Of a stretch of 64,000 nt of DNA, positions 1 to 13,047 are shown in pieces. Location of the stretch: NCBI GenBank assembly GCA_002633005.1, contig NMRA01000105.1, positions 62,001-126,000 of the forward strand. Direction: 5' to 3'. This DNA is from Phoronis australis. Lineage: Eukaryota; Animalia; Phoronida. Numbering within the stretch: position 1 is the first letter of the stretch; the number at the start of each line of letters is the position of its first letter. The notes under the pieces are model-generated. The model did not search any database and was not told the DNA's origin. It saw nothing but the letters and a program-made list of their open reading frames with translations. The position numbers were made by a program, and so were the translations under genes.

Positions 1-1227
1 TTTCAACATTTTCGGACAGAAATAAGATGTCAACTTTAACTTGACCTAATTATCATTATCATTATGTCTGATAACACACATACATGGTAAAACACGTGAT
101 AAGGTGACAACCCTAATAATAGCATATTGCGTTTGGCAAAAGGCAGTATTGACAAAAACCCTTGCTGACAGGAACAGTACTTTGACAAGCCTCACTAAAT
201 AAGCCAACAACAAGCAGATGACAGAGAGCTGGGTTGTTGGGCTAAATTACAGGATACATATAACAAATGTTTTGACTACTCACAATTGACATGCTGGACT
301 GAGAACATCTGGGTCATGCATACCTCTGGTGAGAGGAATGTTGTAAGCCAACCCCAGAAATTGTATTATTTACAATCAAGTCAGAAAAGGTGCCATTTGG
401 AAAGTAAAGCCTAAAACAGCTGGGTATAACTCAGCTTTCACTCCTGGTGTAACCTAAACTATTGGATTCAAAACACGTTCAGACTATACTGGAAAAGCTT
501 TAGTTCCGCATTCTTGCGAAAAACATAAAATTTTGAAAAACAACGGGCGTCTCCAGCAAAAATTTATACATCGTTTAGTTAATTATATCAAAGTTACTAA
601 GCTGTTCTCCCCCAGCAGTGGAATGACCACCTTCATACATACAAAATTAGATAACTCTCAAAAGTACGCAGCCGGTATCACGCCATACTCACAACTCCAG
701 GTTGCCATGGTTACAGCTTTCTGAATGGAAGGTTTTCCAAATACTAAGCCTGTGAAGTGATGTTTGAAACCCTGAGCAATCCTTTAGCAAAGATTTATGG
801 TAACTTTGCCCTTAGTCAGAACAGGCATGGAGGATGTAACAGTGGCAACATTTTACAACAGAAGTTGGAAGCACCCCACAAATAGGTAACAAATCACTTC
901 CAAGCTTATTCAGAGCAGCCTTATATAAGAAACAAGAGGAGCATAGCCTTCCCAGTACATAACAAAGGGAGACAAATACCTGCTGACATAAAACCATGTT
1001 ATTAAGAGGCTCATAGCCACAAACAATTAGTTGACAATCAATACATCAGATACAAAGTTGTTGAGCTTGTGTGACATAATGACCATGAAGTGCACAGACA
1101 GGTAAAGGGAAAAGAGACCTAGGGTTGATCACCTCTAGAGTAGTAGGGAGTGAATGCGGAGGAAATTAAGTTGGACACTGATTTGTAGAAAACCTCTCAA
1201 AACACCAAGAGAATTATTGATCTCCAG

Positions 1228-1684
1228 AGTCAAGGTACCTAAACTACACGGACAACGGACTCATAAACACGGGCACGGACGCATGAGCACGACTCACGGA
1301 CCTGCACACACCGTCCACCGACTCACAAAAAAGGGAACGGACTCACAAAACACGATCCACGCACCCAAATACACGGGACACGGACTCACATTCACGAGGA
1401 AACACGATTAATGGACCGCCAAACACGGGTCATGGACTCATCGGCTTCCTGGGTCAGCTGACATCTACATTTTGTCCGTTAACGGTGTTTGGCGGTCCGT
1501 TAACTGTGTTTCCTCAGGAATATGAGTCCGTGTCCCGTGTATTTGGGTGCGTGGATCGTGTTTTGTGAGTCCGGTCCCGTGTTTGTGAGTCAGAGGACGG
1601 TGTTTGCAGGTCCGTGAGTCGTGTTCATGCGTCCGTGCCCCGTGTTTATGAGTCCATTGACTGTGTAGTTTCGGTACCTTGACT
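1228..1684. mobile_element. Foldback/MITE with about 200 bp terminal inverted repeats
   Basis: AGTCAAGGTACC...GGTACCTTGACT ends; arms complementary over about 200 bp with internal ggactcac sub-repeats; flanked by a 107 bp direct repeat (1120-1226 and 1685-1791). Confidence 0.85.
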
Positions 1685-1828
1685 TAGGGTTGATCACCTC
1701 TAGAGTAGTAGGGAGTGATGGCGGAGGAAATTAAGTTGGACACTGATTTGTAGAAAACCTCTGAAAACACCAAGAGAATTATTGATCTCCATAGTGTCGA
1801 AGACTAAACAAGACTTGGTAAGGTTATG

Positions 1829-2792
1829 CAGGACCTTATCCACAAGCAGTTAGTGAAATATCTTCAAAATTGTAGATTTTAACTCAATAAACGTATGTTT
1901 TCTGAAAGCGGAAAGTCTGTAGACTTTGATTTTTTACTTTTTGTCGATATCTCATTAACTGGGTAACACGGCCATGTGTTTCAGTAAAATTTAGCAAAAA
2001 ATAAAAGATACATTTAGAGTAAAATAATGGTATCAGTAACAAGACCAAATTTTGTGTTTGATGTAAATGATCAAGTTGAAATATCAAAAACGCTTTTATC
2101 GTTTTCTAAATTCTCAATACGATTTTGTTTAATGCACCTTTTAATTTTCCATAAATGTTCCATTTCTTGGTAGCCCCTCAAAATTTCAAAATACCAAACA
2201 GGGTTTTGGAGAATCGTACACAAATCAGACAAAGTTTCACTGAATTCGATCAGTCATTTTTGAGATGTTCTATCTAAAGTTATCAAATTTGGACAGTTTT
2301 CTGGGATCCTACTTGACTTTATGGAGAAGACATTTAGCCAAAAATCTGCAAAACTATAGAATTCAACTCTGCAACCGTATTTATTTTCTGAATGTAGAAA
2401 GCCTATAGAATTTCAACTGACCTTTTAATTAACGTACGACCGTACCATCTGTCATTGTCACATGTCTTCGAGGTGAAATTTAGCAAAAAAGAAAGATACA
2501 CAATCTATTTCTATTTGATATAAATGCCCACGATGATATCTCAAAAGCACTGATATATTTTTAAAACATTTCAATTTCGTTTTAAGCAACTTCTGATTTT
2601 TTTCATGAAAACCATAAAAGTGCCATTTTTACAAGAAACAAAAGTGTAACACTTTAAAAGTGATTCCTAAAAACTTTTTTGGAAATGTCACTCAACACAT
2701 GGTGTCTGAAAGTTTCGTATGAATCCAATCAGCCATTTCTAGAATATGACGTCTCAAAGTTAGCCATATCCGGACAATTTTCAAAGGTCCTG
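1829..2792. mobile_element. Old non-autonomous DNA transposon remnant
   Basis: Short TIR caggacctt/aaggtcctg; internally duplicated blocks (aaatttagcaaaaaa.aaagataca near 1987 and 2476). Confidence 0.4.
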
Positions 2793-3430
2793 TGTTTCTC
2801 AATATCTATGACTTGAAAGCCCACTTAGGGCTGGTTCCCTACGGAAAACAATGTTTAAGTTATATCATGTCACTAATAAATAAATAATCTACAGATGCAA
2901 GACTTCAAAATACATTTGTTTTACTAATGTTACGCCAGACATACAATTGTACAAGGTCTACTGATCTGTCACCAGCAATTAATATATTGCATAACTTTTA
3001 CTGGAGAGTCCAAGGCAAACATCATGACAGTCAATAATTATCAGACATCTGGTCACAAATCCTCACCCAATGCTGATGTCAGTAGCATCAAAAACATTGA
3101 TAAGAAAATTCACAACAAATGTTGAATAATAAGGAATCGTTGTAAAATATTTTTATTTAACAGGGTAACCTGATCAGTATACAACCACAAGAACAGAGTA
3201 AATTGATGCATTCCACACACGTTAGAGCTTTTTGGTACAAGCAGCATTTCCAGTCATCAAAACCACAAAACAATTCACTATACTTTTCTGTCCAAACCAT
3301 CCAAACTAAGACATGCACACCGATGCCCAAACATGGAATTCCAACAGTCATGTTCATCATTCATTTCAAAGGGCCACATTACCTATAGGTGGCGCTCTGA
3401 CAGAAGGTAAAAACAAGTTGTGCAGCATTA

Positions 3431-3685
3431 GGCCAAAAAAAAAAAACATAATCTTGTCTGTTCTTTTTGAAAATCTAGTAGGCTGAGTGGTTTTCACTCA
3501 TCGCTTGGTAACTCATGGTGTTTCAAGTCTTGCTTACACTTGTTTACATGCCTCTGTGCTGCTTTTCAAGAAAAAACCCAGAAACCACGGCCGAAATTGA
3601 TGCGGGCGGATGTTTTTTAGTCCATGATTGTAGGTCTCAATATGAATCCGGCTAAGAAGACCTGTTACAATTTTGCTTTTTAGCC
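3431..3685. mobile_element. Small MITE with GGCC termini, similar in style to 42159-42517
   Basis: ggccaaaaaaaa...ttttgctttttagcc inverted ends. Confidence 0.4.
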
Positions 3686-3928
3686 TGATATATAAAACGG
3701 AGCTACATTAACAGCAAAAAAAAAATAAGACAATTGGCAGAACACTTTTATGTTATGTATCACTTTAAAATAGTAAAACGGAATTCACAAAACACAAAAA
3801 ATATAATTTTATGTTTTCTAAAACAGATTTCTCTGTTTTTTGAAAACGCAAAAGCAGGGTATCTAGAAAAGTGATGCCACATTGAATGTTTTGAGGGTCG
3901 GCATAGAAACCTGAGTTCTGAGCCATAA

Positions 3929-4432
3929 GGCCCTTTCATATTGACGTAACTCCGGTCTGCGAAGCGTCGACGTAAACAGCGCAGTTAACTGGACCATTCA
4001 TACTGGCTTCCGTAGTTAATGAACATCGAAGTAAATGGTAGGTGACGCTATCGTCATCGAAGTTATCGCAACGTAGTGCTGCCCGCTAAGATTGTTTTCA
4101 ATGTGGCAATTCGGGTACAATTACATGTGCAAATTGACATTAAACTTATTTTTAAATTGATTGGTTATTATTAGAGCAAAATATAAGCAGCTATTAGTGA
4201 TGACACTACCCTGTAATTGTTGATGATAACAGTGGCACCTGGCAATAACTTCGATAGGACCGAAGTTGACCATTCATATTGCAACACAGCGTCGACACAT
4301 GCACTGTTAAATCCACCTGTTAACTGCAATGTTAACTGGACCTGTTAACTGCGATACAGGACCGAAGTTAAGCGTTCATACTGACCGCAAATCCCCAAAT
4401 CATCGACGAGTCGACATTAGTATGAAAGGCCC
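3929..4432. mobile_element. PIF/Harbinger-like MITE, copy 1
   Basis: TIR ggccctttcata/tatgaaaggccc; clearly homologous along its length to 29396-29865. Confidence 0.75.
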
Positions 4433-4947
4433 TCTAATGAAGTTACGTTTTAAACAGTACATCTAGTAATATTAACACAATCCCAAGAAATGTCAAAAGT
4501 ACACAGAAAGTCCAATTTTTGACAGTTTCTAAAATTCAGGACACACAACTTAAGCTGAAATAGAATTTTCTTCATTCTCAAGATCGGGGACGTGTTCGAC
4601 TTTGGTGAGGCATAATTTTGTCAAAATGCTTCCGGAACTGTTTGAGTCAGCTTCACTGGTCCAGTTCAAATGAAACACTGTCTATACCCTTCCGGAGTTG
4701 AAAGAGTTTAATTTTGTTTGCCAGACAAATCAGTTAGATCAATTGGAGACGAGGACACATCAGACAACACCATGCGCAAACATGAATGCAGACATATCAA
4801 GCCCCATGTGGAGATGGTTGATCAATCAATATTGTCTGATAAATCAGGACTTGTTTGATCCTTGGGAGGGAAAACAGCCCCAACTGTTGGCTCTGTCCCT
4901 GAATACAGGGTGCAGTAGAGCAGTTAGAACTGACCAACCGGCAACCA

Positions 4948-5150
4948 CTGACCAGGCTGGATATAGCTAAGACGAGGTGGCAGTAGAGACTGACCAACTG
5001 CTGGGCAGGCTGGATATAACTAAGACTAGGTGGCAGTAGAGACTGACAAACCACTGACCAGGCTGGATATAACTAAGACTATGTGACAGTAGAGACTTAT
5101 CAACTACTGGGCAAGATGAATATAACTAGGACTAGGTGAAAGTAGAGATT
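4948..5150. repeat. About 53 bp minisatellite, about 4 copies
   Basis: Repeated ctggatataactaagactaggtggcagtagagactgacc. Confidence 0.85.
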
Positions 5151-7879
5151 TTGAACTTATTGTCATCTGGTGAACACTAGATAACTAGAACTCTCTGGAG
5201 AAAGCAAAGGACATGACAATTCAATGGTAAATCATTGTTCTTCTTACGATTAATTGAACACCAGAAAAAAATGCAAAATGAAGAGTTCCGCATTACCTAA
5301 TTTCAACTTTTCTTAACTACACAAACAAAGCTTTCAGGCCCCAAAGCCCAACATATTCCAAAAAGCATTCAGAATTTTGCCTTAGGAAAAACCTGAACAC
5401 AACTAATTTGAAATTATCTCAACCTATAATACAAATTCGAGCATTTGTTTGTACTTAACGGTTGTTTACAAAAGTCTGATTTTTAAAACTTAACACAAAA
5501 AACCTTGTGAAGGTCATTTACCCCAGAGGATGTATCTCATGTGTTGTATTTCCACTAAGATATGAAAACAAATTAGCTGAAACACTTCCTGGTCACAGTC
5601 ACTGCATAGCAGATCCTAGAATTTGAGGTGGGCGGTCTTTTTCCAACTGCCATCATTCACTCACGCCAAGTGCTGCGCATGCTTGCCAATTTAGCTGACA
5701 TACTAGCCGCGTTACTACGTATTTCAGAATCCAAGATATGCCGCGGGTATCTTTTTACAGGAATTATTTCTACTTACCAACAGGGCTTGTAAGGACCAGT
5801 GACAAAAAATAGGAAAATTAGAGGTGACGTACGATTCTATGTGATGGAAACATTTTTGTTTTGTAAAATTTATGTACAAGAAACATATTTTTGGATGAAA
5901 AAGTCCAAATATTGAAAAAAAAGATGAAAAAGGAAGAATCTGGAAACCAAATAAAAGGAAATCGAAGACAGCAAAGAGGAAATCCTCTGGAAAAGGGAAA
6001 AGTACAAGCCCTGCATTCGGTTCCCATAAAATTGAGAATTCCTGCAAGTTCTGAAGGCCCTATGCGCAGGCCTTGAAAATGTTGGCACTTGATAAACGAA
6101 CCATACAAATAGGACAACCATGTAATTCCCAGGAATTACACTTGGTTAGACAGCAAAATTTAATGACATGTGCAGTGAAGCGAGACATGATCCAACTTGT
6201 GTCATTAGTTAAGCAGAACATGGTCCAAGAACAATGATCAGTAACTCATCAGTCTTGAGGATATTACACAGGACGAAGTTGAGAACACAGGCAAATTCAC
6301 AGATCAGAAAATCATACCAGCAAGCCATCAGCACAGAGTGGCAATTAACACATGATTTTAACACAGCATTAAGACAGAGTGGCAACTGAAACCTTCTTGA
6401 TAAAGCGCTTTGTACATTGGAAGAAAATAAAACTGAAACTGAGTTTCAGTTGTACACTATTAAGCTCGCAAGCTATGAAGGACTGACAAAGAAAATGGAT
6501 CTTGCAGTTCCACAATTCCATGAAGACCATTTAACACAACCAGAGATTAAGTTAAAGAGCCAGAAATATTTAATATTGCCAGGAAATACCAACTCACTGT
6601 GCTTGGAATTGGTTATGTCAGCCTTGACAGTCAGTGAATGAAGGTTAAGCTGGAAATGAACATACCATGATCCATAAGAACAAATTATTTAAACACATCA
6701 ACCTATGTAAATAAAACTCTATTGATTAAACCACTAACCTCATTTCTGAAATGAAGGGAATAAACCACCGCAACCAACGTGGGCACGAATGGTAGAAATG
6801 ATGAATTAATAGGTAACACTCGACATACAACTCTCTAAGCCTAACTAACGATTTTTCATACTTTTGAGGTCTTACTGTCACGATATTCATGGGAACGATT
6901 CACAAACACAGAAAATTAAACAGTAATAATTTTCGTGTAAGCAGAGTAAAGTTATAGACAAAGTCGGCCATGTTAGCATTTCGCGCCATCTCACGTCACC
7001 GCGAGAATACAGTCATGTACGGAGTGCAGTATAACAATGGCAGAATGGCAGACGGTTGTGATTTTGATCAAGGCGGCGAATTTGAGAAGGAAATGTTCGA
7101 GTACTACAGGGAAGTGTACAACAAATCTGATGATGACAACGGCGATCACATCGGAGAACGTGATGACGCTTTAAATTTGCCGATCGGGGAAGATCTTCAT
7201 GCGTTAGGCGAGATCCCAAAAGCAACTTGTGTTTGGTACCATTCAGTTGTGGTGGTCAAGACGGCTAGAGTTAACGGAGATGAAACACCGTTTTGTTCAT
7301 TTACACACAGATAGTAATGTTGGGCACTTCACGTGAATCATACCACCCGACAACCAATCATGGTTTGATGGCATGTTGATCACAATAAATAAAAATCGTG
7401 AAATTCCACTACTTTTAAGTCATTGCCCAAGTTACATGCATTGCAACAGCAAATTTCAACATGTCACCGCGCTACTATACAAGAGCAACGCGGAGTGTTG
7501 ATATGCACCTGCATAGTGCAGATACAAGGAATGGTCATTATTTTAAACACTCAAACAAAAAGAAGCAATGCTAGTAGACTTAAACCAGCCTCTAGGGGGT
7601 GCAACGCAACAAAACAATGCTCTCCTCAACAGGAACACCCTTCATCATGATTCTCCACGCAATTTGGGAGATAGAGAGATGACGAATAAAGAACAAAAGA
7701 ATAAAAAAGACCACTAAGGGTTGCAACATAGAACAAACCTGTCTGAAACAGGGCTTGTACAGTCCTCTACATGAGGGCAACTTATTTGGCATATTTCTAA
7801 AACAGGAGCTTGATATATATCAAGGCAAACATTAAAAAAAAAAAAAACAGAATTGCAACTAGGAGACTCTGCAGTAGTC

Positions 7880-8330
7880 AGATTTGACCCAAAACGGATG
7901 CCAAAAAACTAAAATATAATAACAACTGCTACTAATTGATGTACAAAAAGTCAAAGCCATCCAATAATGGGAAAGTGTTATCTTCTCTTTAATAAAATCT
8001 ATTTGCCAAATTTCATTCAACTCCGGAGAAACAGAAGAAAACATAAAAAAATAAAATTGCCACTAGGGCGCACAACGGTAGCCAGATACGTCTGAACGTA
8101 GGTGTCATTCGTTGTCAAGATCACAGAAATACACTTGCCAAAATTCACTACGTTCTTGGAGGGCTTTAGGAGAAACAGCTATGGAAGCGAAAAAAAGCAA
8201 AGCTGCCGCTACAGAGAGCCACCATTCAAAAATCACTGTCGGCCATGCTCGTCCCTGTAGGAACACGCACACATATACCACAACAATCCTTGGAGTGATT
8301 TGGCTGATAGAGAAGCGGATGCCAAAAAAA
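7880..8330. repeat. Dispersed repeat family, another copy near 28150-28510
   Basis: Shared ordered blocks ggatgccaaaa..actaaaa, tatttgccaaatttcat, aaatt(g/a)ccactagg, atataccacaac. Confidence 0.5.
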
Positions 8331-8438
8331 GAAGTCTGATTCATGAAAAATGACTGAAGACTTCAGACAGAAATTTCACCTTACACTGCCACATCACAAT
8401 TGCCTAATAAAGGCTGCCATGTAATAATTAATAGGTTA

Positions 8439-8729
8439 CTGAAATAATGATTATTACCTATCGGCGATATAGTTTCATGGAAGAGCCTAGCTTTCAAGCC
8501 CATCTTGGGGTTTCAGTCAGGGCAGAGCAGATTTCCGAATCATGTGGTCACCAGTGGGCAGCACCTGGCTGTCATGTGAAACGAGGCATTGGTAAATGGC
8601 GGGTAACTGATATTATACTTCCATCTCTGTTTAACTCTGGCTGATTTCGGTCAAAGTGCCCAAGATGGGCTTGAAAGCTAAGCTCTAGTGTAAAACTAGG
8701 CTGCCGATAGGCAATAATCTTCATTTCAA
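8439..8729. mobile_element. MITE with about 75 bp TIRs
   Basis: gaaataatgattattacctatcggc...ctagctttcaagcccatcttggg is mirrored by cccaagatgggcttgaaagcta...gccgataggcaataatcttcatttc; TA flanks. Confidence 0.7.
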
Positions 8730-9715
8730 TACAATGGAACAGCACCAGCTACGAACAATCATTCTACAAGCAAGTATGCCCTGAAACAATGTGTACCAAT
8801 TAATTTTCTCAGCAAATAACAATAACATCGGTACATTCTCAAATATTTCAATCGTTTGCTAAAATTCATTTGACTTTCAAATATTTTTCAGATATAGTTA
8901 TGAGTAGCTTAAGATCAATTTCTGTCTTAAGCACTTTTCATAAAACAGAGCCCAGGAAACAACGAGAATGCAAAACCCCGTGGGTGGATTTTGAAAGTTA
9001 AATTGTGACGAAATACACAAAGCAGCTGCCAAACTGTTGCACAGCAGCAAAGGCATTTCCAAAGTCTAATAACAGGCAAATGATTATCCACTAATCTACT
9101 ATCTCATTTGACAGTGGATTTAAATACGCATCGCATCGCATCGACCCATTCACTGAAGCATCAACACCTGTGCATTAATGCAAACAATAATTAGTAATTA
9201 ATAGCAAACAAATATGATCATTGAAAAAGGAACAGAGTTACTGTTTCTCGGCAGACTGAAGCACGAACTTAATATCTGAACACCAATTTTGTTGTAGCTC
9301 ACTCTGAACCACAATTCTTTAAAGTCTGATGATAAATTTGGTAAAATTGTGAGAAAACATGCTCATACTCAATACATTTTAGGAGTATTTTTCAGAATAA
9401 TCTTCTCTACAGCTATTACAATAAAAAGTTCCAGTTTCGACTTGAGCCTATATTCTCCCTTTATTGGGACCTACAGACTTTAATGAATCATAAAATATCA
9501 CCAAGATAAATCAATAGCACCACATTCACGTAGCCATGTTTAAAAAGTTGACGCTTTTACAACTCCACATTTTATGCAAAGATACAGTACAAGCCAAAAG
9601 TATTCAGACAAAATGACCCGAAATTCCTGGTCACAATGGCTAGGTCGGTCAGAGTAGTCTCCCCTGATGACCAAGAATGTAGGGGAAATAACAGGAAAGT
9701 TGATACAGTGTCTAA

Positions 9716-10138
9716 AGTCCCGTTTAGACATCAACTTTTGGCCCGGTGCAACTGACACGGAGCAAATTGACTTGTGTCAAGTGGCCGTTTACACACGCAA
9801 CTCACTATCCGTGGCAAGACGGAAACTGCAGGCTGAAGAGACTGGATCGCACATGCACAGGATTACAAATGACGAGAGTTGCAGAGACAAAGAGCCCGTA
9901 CGTAGGTCATTAGGCAAGCGCAGTAGAGATGATCCTGTCCGTCTTGCCTCAGTTTCGCGTTTAGTCATATAATTGACACGGAGCAAGATGTTCTTGCGCA
10001 AATTGCTCTATCTCACAAAGGGGTGGCAAAATTTGTCACCGCGGTGTCAATTTGCTCCGTGTCAGTCCCGTTTACACACTGGAATAACTCGTTCCCTGTC
10101 AGCTGATCCACGTCAACTTCTGAATTGTAAACGGCACT
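9716..10138 (+). mobile_element. PIF/Harbinger MITE with TAA TSD, copy 1
   Basis: taa|AGTCCCGTTTAGAC...GTAAACGGCACT|taa; inverted homolog at 12634-13047. Confidence 0.85.
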
Positions 10139-10462
10139 TAAGCCATTATGTAATTAGAGATTTCCCGTTTTAATAGTTATAACCAGTAATTTTTGCAGTT
10201 GACAGAATTACCCGTCATGACTGGAAAATGGTATTTTGTCTGATTATTTGTCTTGTACTACAGACGACAATCATGACATGGTAAGATAGAGAAGTATTTT
10301 ACTTCTTATTTTTGATGTGAAATCATGGAGACATGTTGAGCAAGTGAAATTAACGTGTAACTACCTGAATGTTATGCAGTCGTGTTTTTTAAAAGTAATC
10401 ATGAAAAAGAACATGAGGTGTAGGCTGAGCCTCATTCGTCATCTTGTTCAGGTACAACCCTG

Positions 10463-10956
10463 CAGGCCTTTATGCAGCCTACGTCCTGGGCGTCCATTTG
10501 GACGCCCTAGCACTAATCTGGAGGCCCTGGCAAGGATGCCCAATGTATCGTTTGGATGCCCACTGTCAATAGGAACCTTTCAAGTTTGGAAAAACACATT
10601 GTAATGAATACTAGGAAGCCTATGAAGACTCACAGTGGGGGCTCTTTTTTCAAAGCAGGAAGAAATATACAATGTATATACAAAGTATATGCATTGTTGC
10701 TATTTTGACACTTGATTGACAGCATTGTAAAAGTCCTGGTCTACACAATTTTTTTTTAGTAAAAATGCTCACCATAGAAGGCTGTTTTATAAACTTTGAT
10801 GTAAAAACCTTTATCTATGCATTTTTTTATAACAAAATCTGTGTGTTTGGGGACATTGCTGGGGGTAGAGGGTTACGCGTCGGAATCATGGATGCCCTGA
10901 AATATTGGGAACCCCATTTTGGACCCCCTATCTTCAAAATCTTGGATAAAGGCCTG
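10463..10956 (-). mobile_element. hAT MITE, short form
   Basis: TIR CAGGCCTTTAT/ATAAAGGCCTG; perfect 8 bp TSD CAACCCTG. Confidence 0.9.
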
Positions 10957-11579
10957 CAACCCTGATGTGCCATGATGAGGGTGAAAATATTACTGATAAA
11001 AAGTTGGGTTCCTTTATTATGAGGCGGTCTAAACAGAACTTGCTTAACGTGCAAACAACGAAAAATTAGCAGTTTTCTATTAGAAGTCCTACCGTAAAAT
11101 CCTACCAATTTTGGTAAACAGAATCACCAAAATTCACATTTATGATTTTCAAGGGTTTCTAGCATTCACAACACTCCCCAGTTTTTCCAAACATTGTCTG
11201 GTGGCAGCTATGGTGTAAGTCTTGAGCATTAAAAATCATTTAATTTGACGCCGTGTATGCTGCATGAAAAAAATATATAATTTCACTTGTCGGCCATATT
11301 GTGGCCTAACTTTGGTTACATTTCACTGTACATTCACGTTGAAGCCGGCTCTCGTTCCTATCGACATGATCAATATAGCCAGTAGGTAATCCCCTAATTA
11401 ATTTAATAAGAATCCTAGCTGGAAGGATTAAAGAAATAGAAAGGATCACAATCCTAACTGTGAAGACAGAAACATAAATGTAAATTCTAGACCGCATCAT
11501 CAAGACCATACTCACCGCCCAAATATTTTGCAATCAAACTTTGCACAAATTCATATTGCTTCCTAAGCAATGACAGACC

Positions 11580-11943
11580 TGTTCTCTGTGAAGGCCAAGC
11601 AAGGATTCTAATTTGATATTTCATAATTTATCATTGCTGGTGCGTAAAAGCAATCCTTTCAACCAGACGTTCATTATCTTCAACAGGGTTCCCCCTCAGC
11701 ATAAATCCAACCACAGTGAAATGTGCATTGTGCAGCCTAATCTTAATTTTCACTACTCCCCTTTGGTACACGTTATTCTCACTTTCCATATCATATTGTT
11801 TCAATCATTTTGTCTTTCAATGCCTAAAAAACTCGACTTTTCAAACAAGTCTCAAAATTTTAAATGTTTTCAAAAATGGCTCCAGCTTTCCAAACATGGC
11901 TCAGAACTTGAAACCTGTTTGACTACAAGTAAGGAGAACACTG
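11580..11943 (+). mobile_element. Non-autonomous element related to 19476-20176, with only about 2 copies of the 21 bp unit
   Basis: gttctc.../ggagaacactg ends; contains aaatggctccagctttccaaacatggctcaga. Confidence 0.5.
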
Positions 11944-12268
11944 TTAAACATCATACGATTTATCATTTTTCTTATAAAAGCAAACACTCATGTAACGCGA
12001 TTATCCTACTCAGTCAATAAAGCAGTCTTATCACTGCCATGTTTTTGTGAATACAACCAAGTCCGGTCCTTCACCCATGAGAAGCCATTACAATGCTATC
12101 AACCAAATGGGGTTACACCTGAGAAGACCTGCTCCTTAACTGGGCCAGTGTTGATAAGAGGTATCAACATTGAGTCAAAGTATGGACATGATAGGTGAGA
12201 AAAAACACCTAGAAACCAGAAGAGTCCTAGACCCATTTGGGAAAAAGGGCGCCTGTTTGTGCTTATAC

Positions 12269-12583
12269 AACATCAAGTCTAATTGCTGTATTTACAATAT
12301 AATATGTCACTGGGAAGACATGGGTCTTCAATAAAGTTTAGAGCATCTTATGTCATACCTTAAATGTTTTACCACATCAAGTCAAATTGCTGTATTTACA
12401 ATATAATGTCACTGGGGAGACATGGGTCTGCAATACAGTTTAGAGCATCTTATGTCATATCTTAAATGTTTTACATCAAGTCAAATTGCTGTATTTACAA
12501 TGCAATATGTTACTGGGGACTCCAGTGGAGATGTGAACCTGCAATAAAGCTTAGAGTATCTTATGTCATATCTTAAATGTTTT
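12269..12583. repeat. About 100 bp tandem repeat, 3 copies
   Basis: acatcaagtcaaattgctgtatttacaat...tagagcatcttatgtcata..ttaaatgtttt repeated three times. Confidence 0.9.
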
Positions 12584-12633
12584 ATTCCGGACAGGACAAT
12601 GAGCTCACAGAGCTGCAGTCAGGAAGTTACTAA

Positions 12634-13047
12634 ATTGCCGTTTACACTTACAAAGTTGACACGGATCAGCTGACACAGAACAAGTTGTTCCAGTGTGTAA
12701 ATGGACTGACACGGCGCAAACTGACACCGCGGTGACAAATTTTTGCCATCCGTTTGTGAGGTAGAGTAACTTGCGCCCGAACATCCTGTGCCGTGTCAAT
12801 TATAAGTCTAAACGCGAAACTGGAGCAAGGCGGAGACGATCATCTCTACTGCGCTTGTGCAATGACTTACGTAGGACTCTGCAACTCTTGTCATTTGTAA
12901 ACCTGCGCATGTGCGATCAAGTCTCTCCAGCCTTTAATTTCCGTCTTGCCACGGTTAGTGAGTTGTGTGTGTAAACGGCCGCTTGACAGGCATCAGTTTG
13001 CTTCGTGTCAGTTGCGCCGGGCCAAAAGTTGATGTCTAAACGGGACT
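12634..13047 (-). mobile_element. PIF/Harbinger MITE with TAA TSD, copy 2, inverted relative to copy 1
   Basis: taa|ATTGCCGTTTACAC...GTCTAAACGGGACT|taa. Confidence 0.85.

Noticed and set aside
6970-7314. 114 aa acidic ORF
   Set aside because: No recognisable domain or splice partners; it may be a transposon remnant but cannot be supported from sequence alone.
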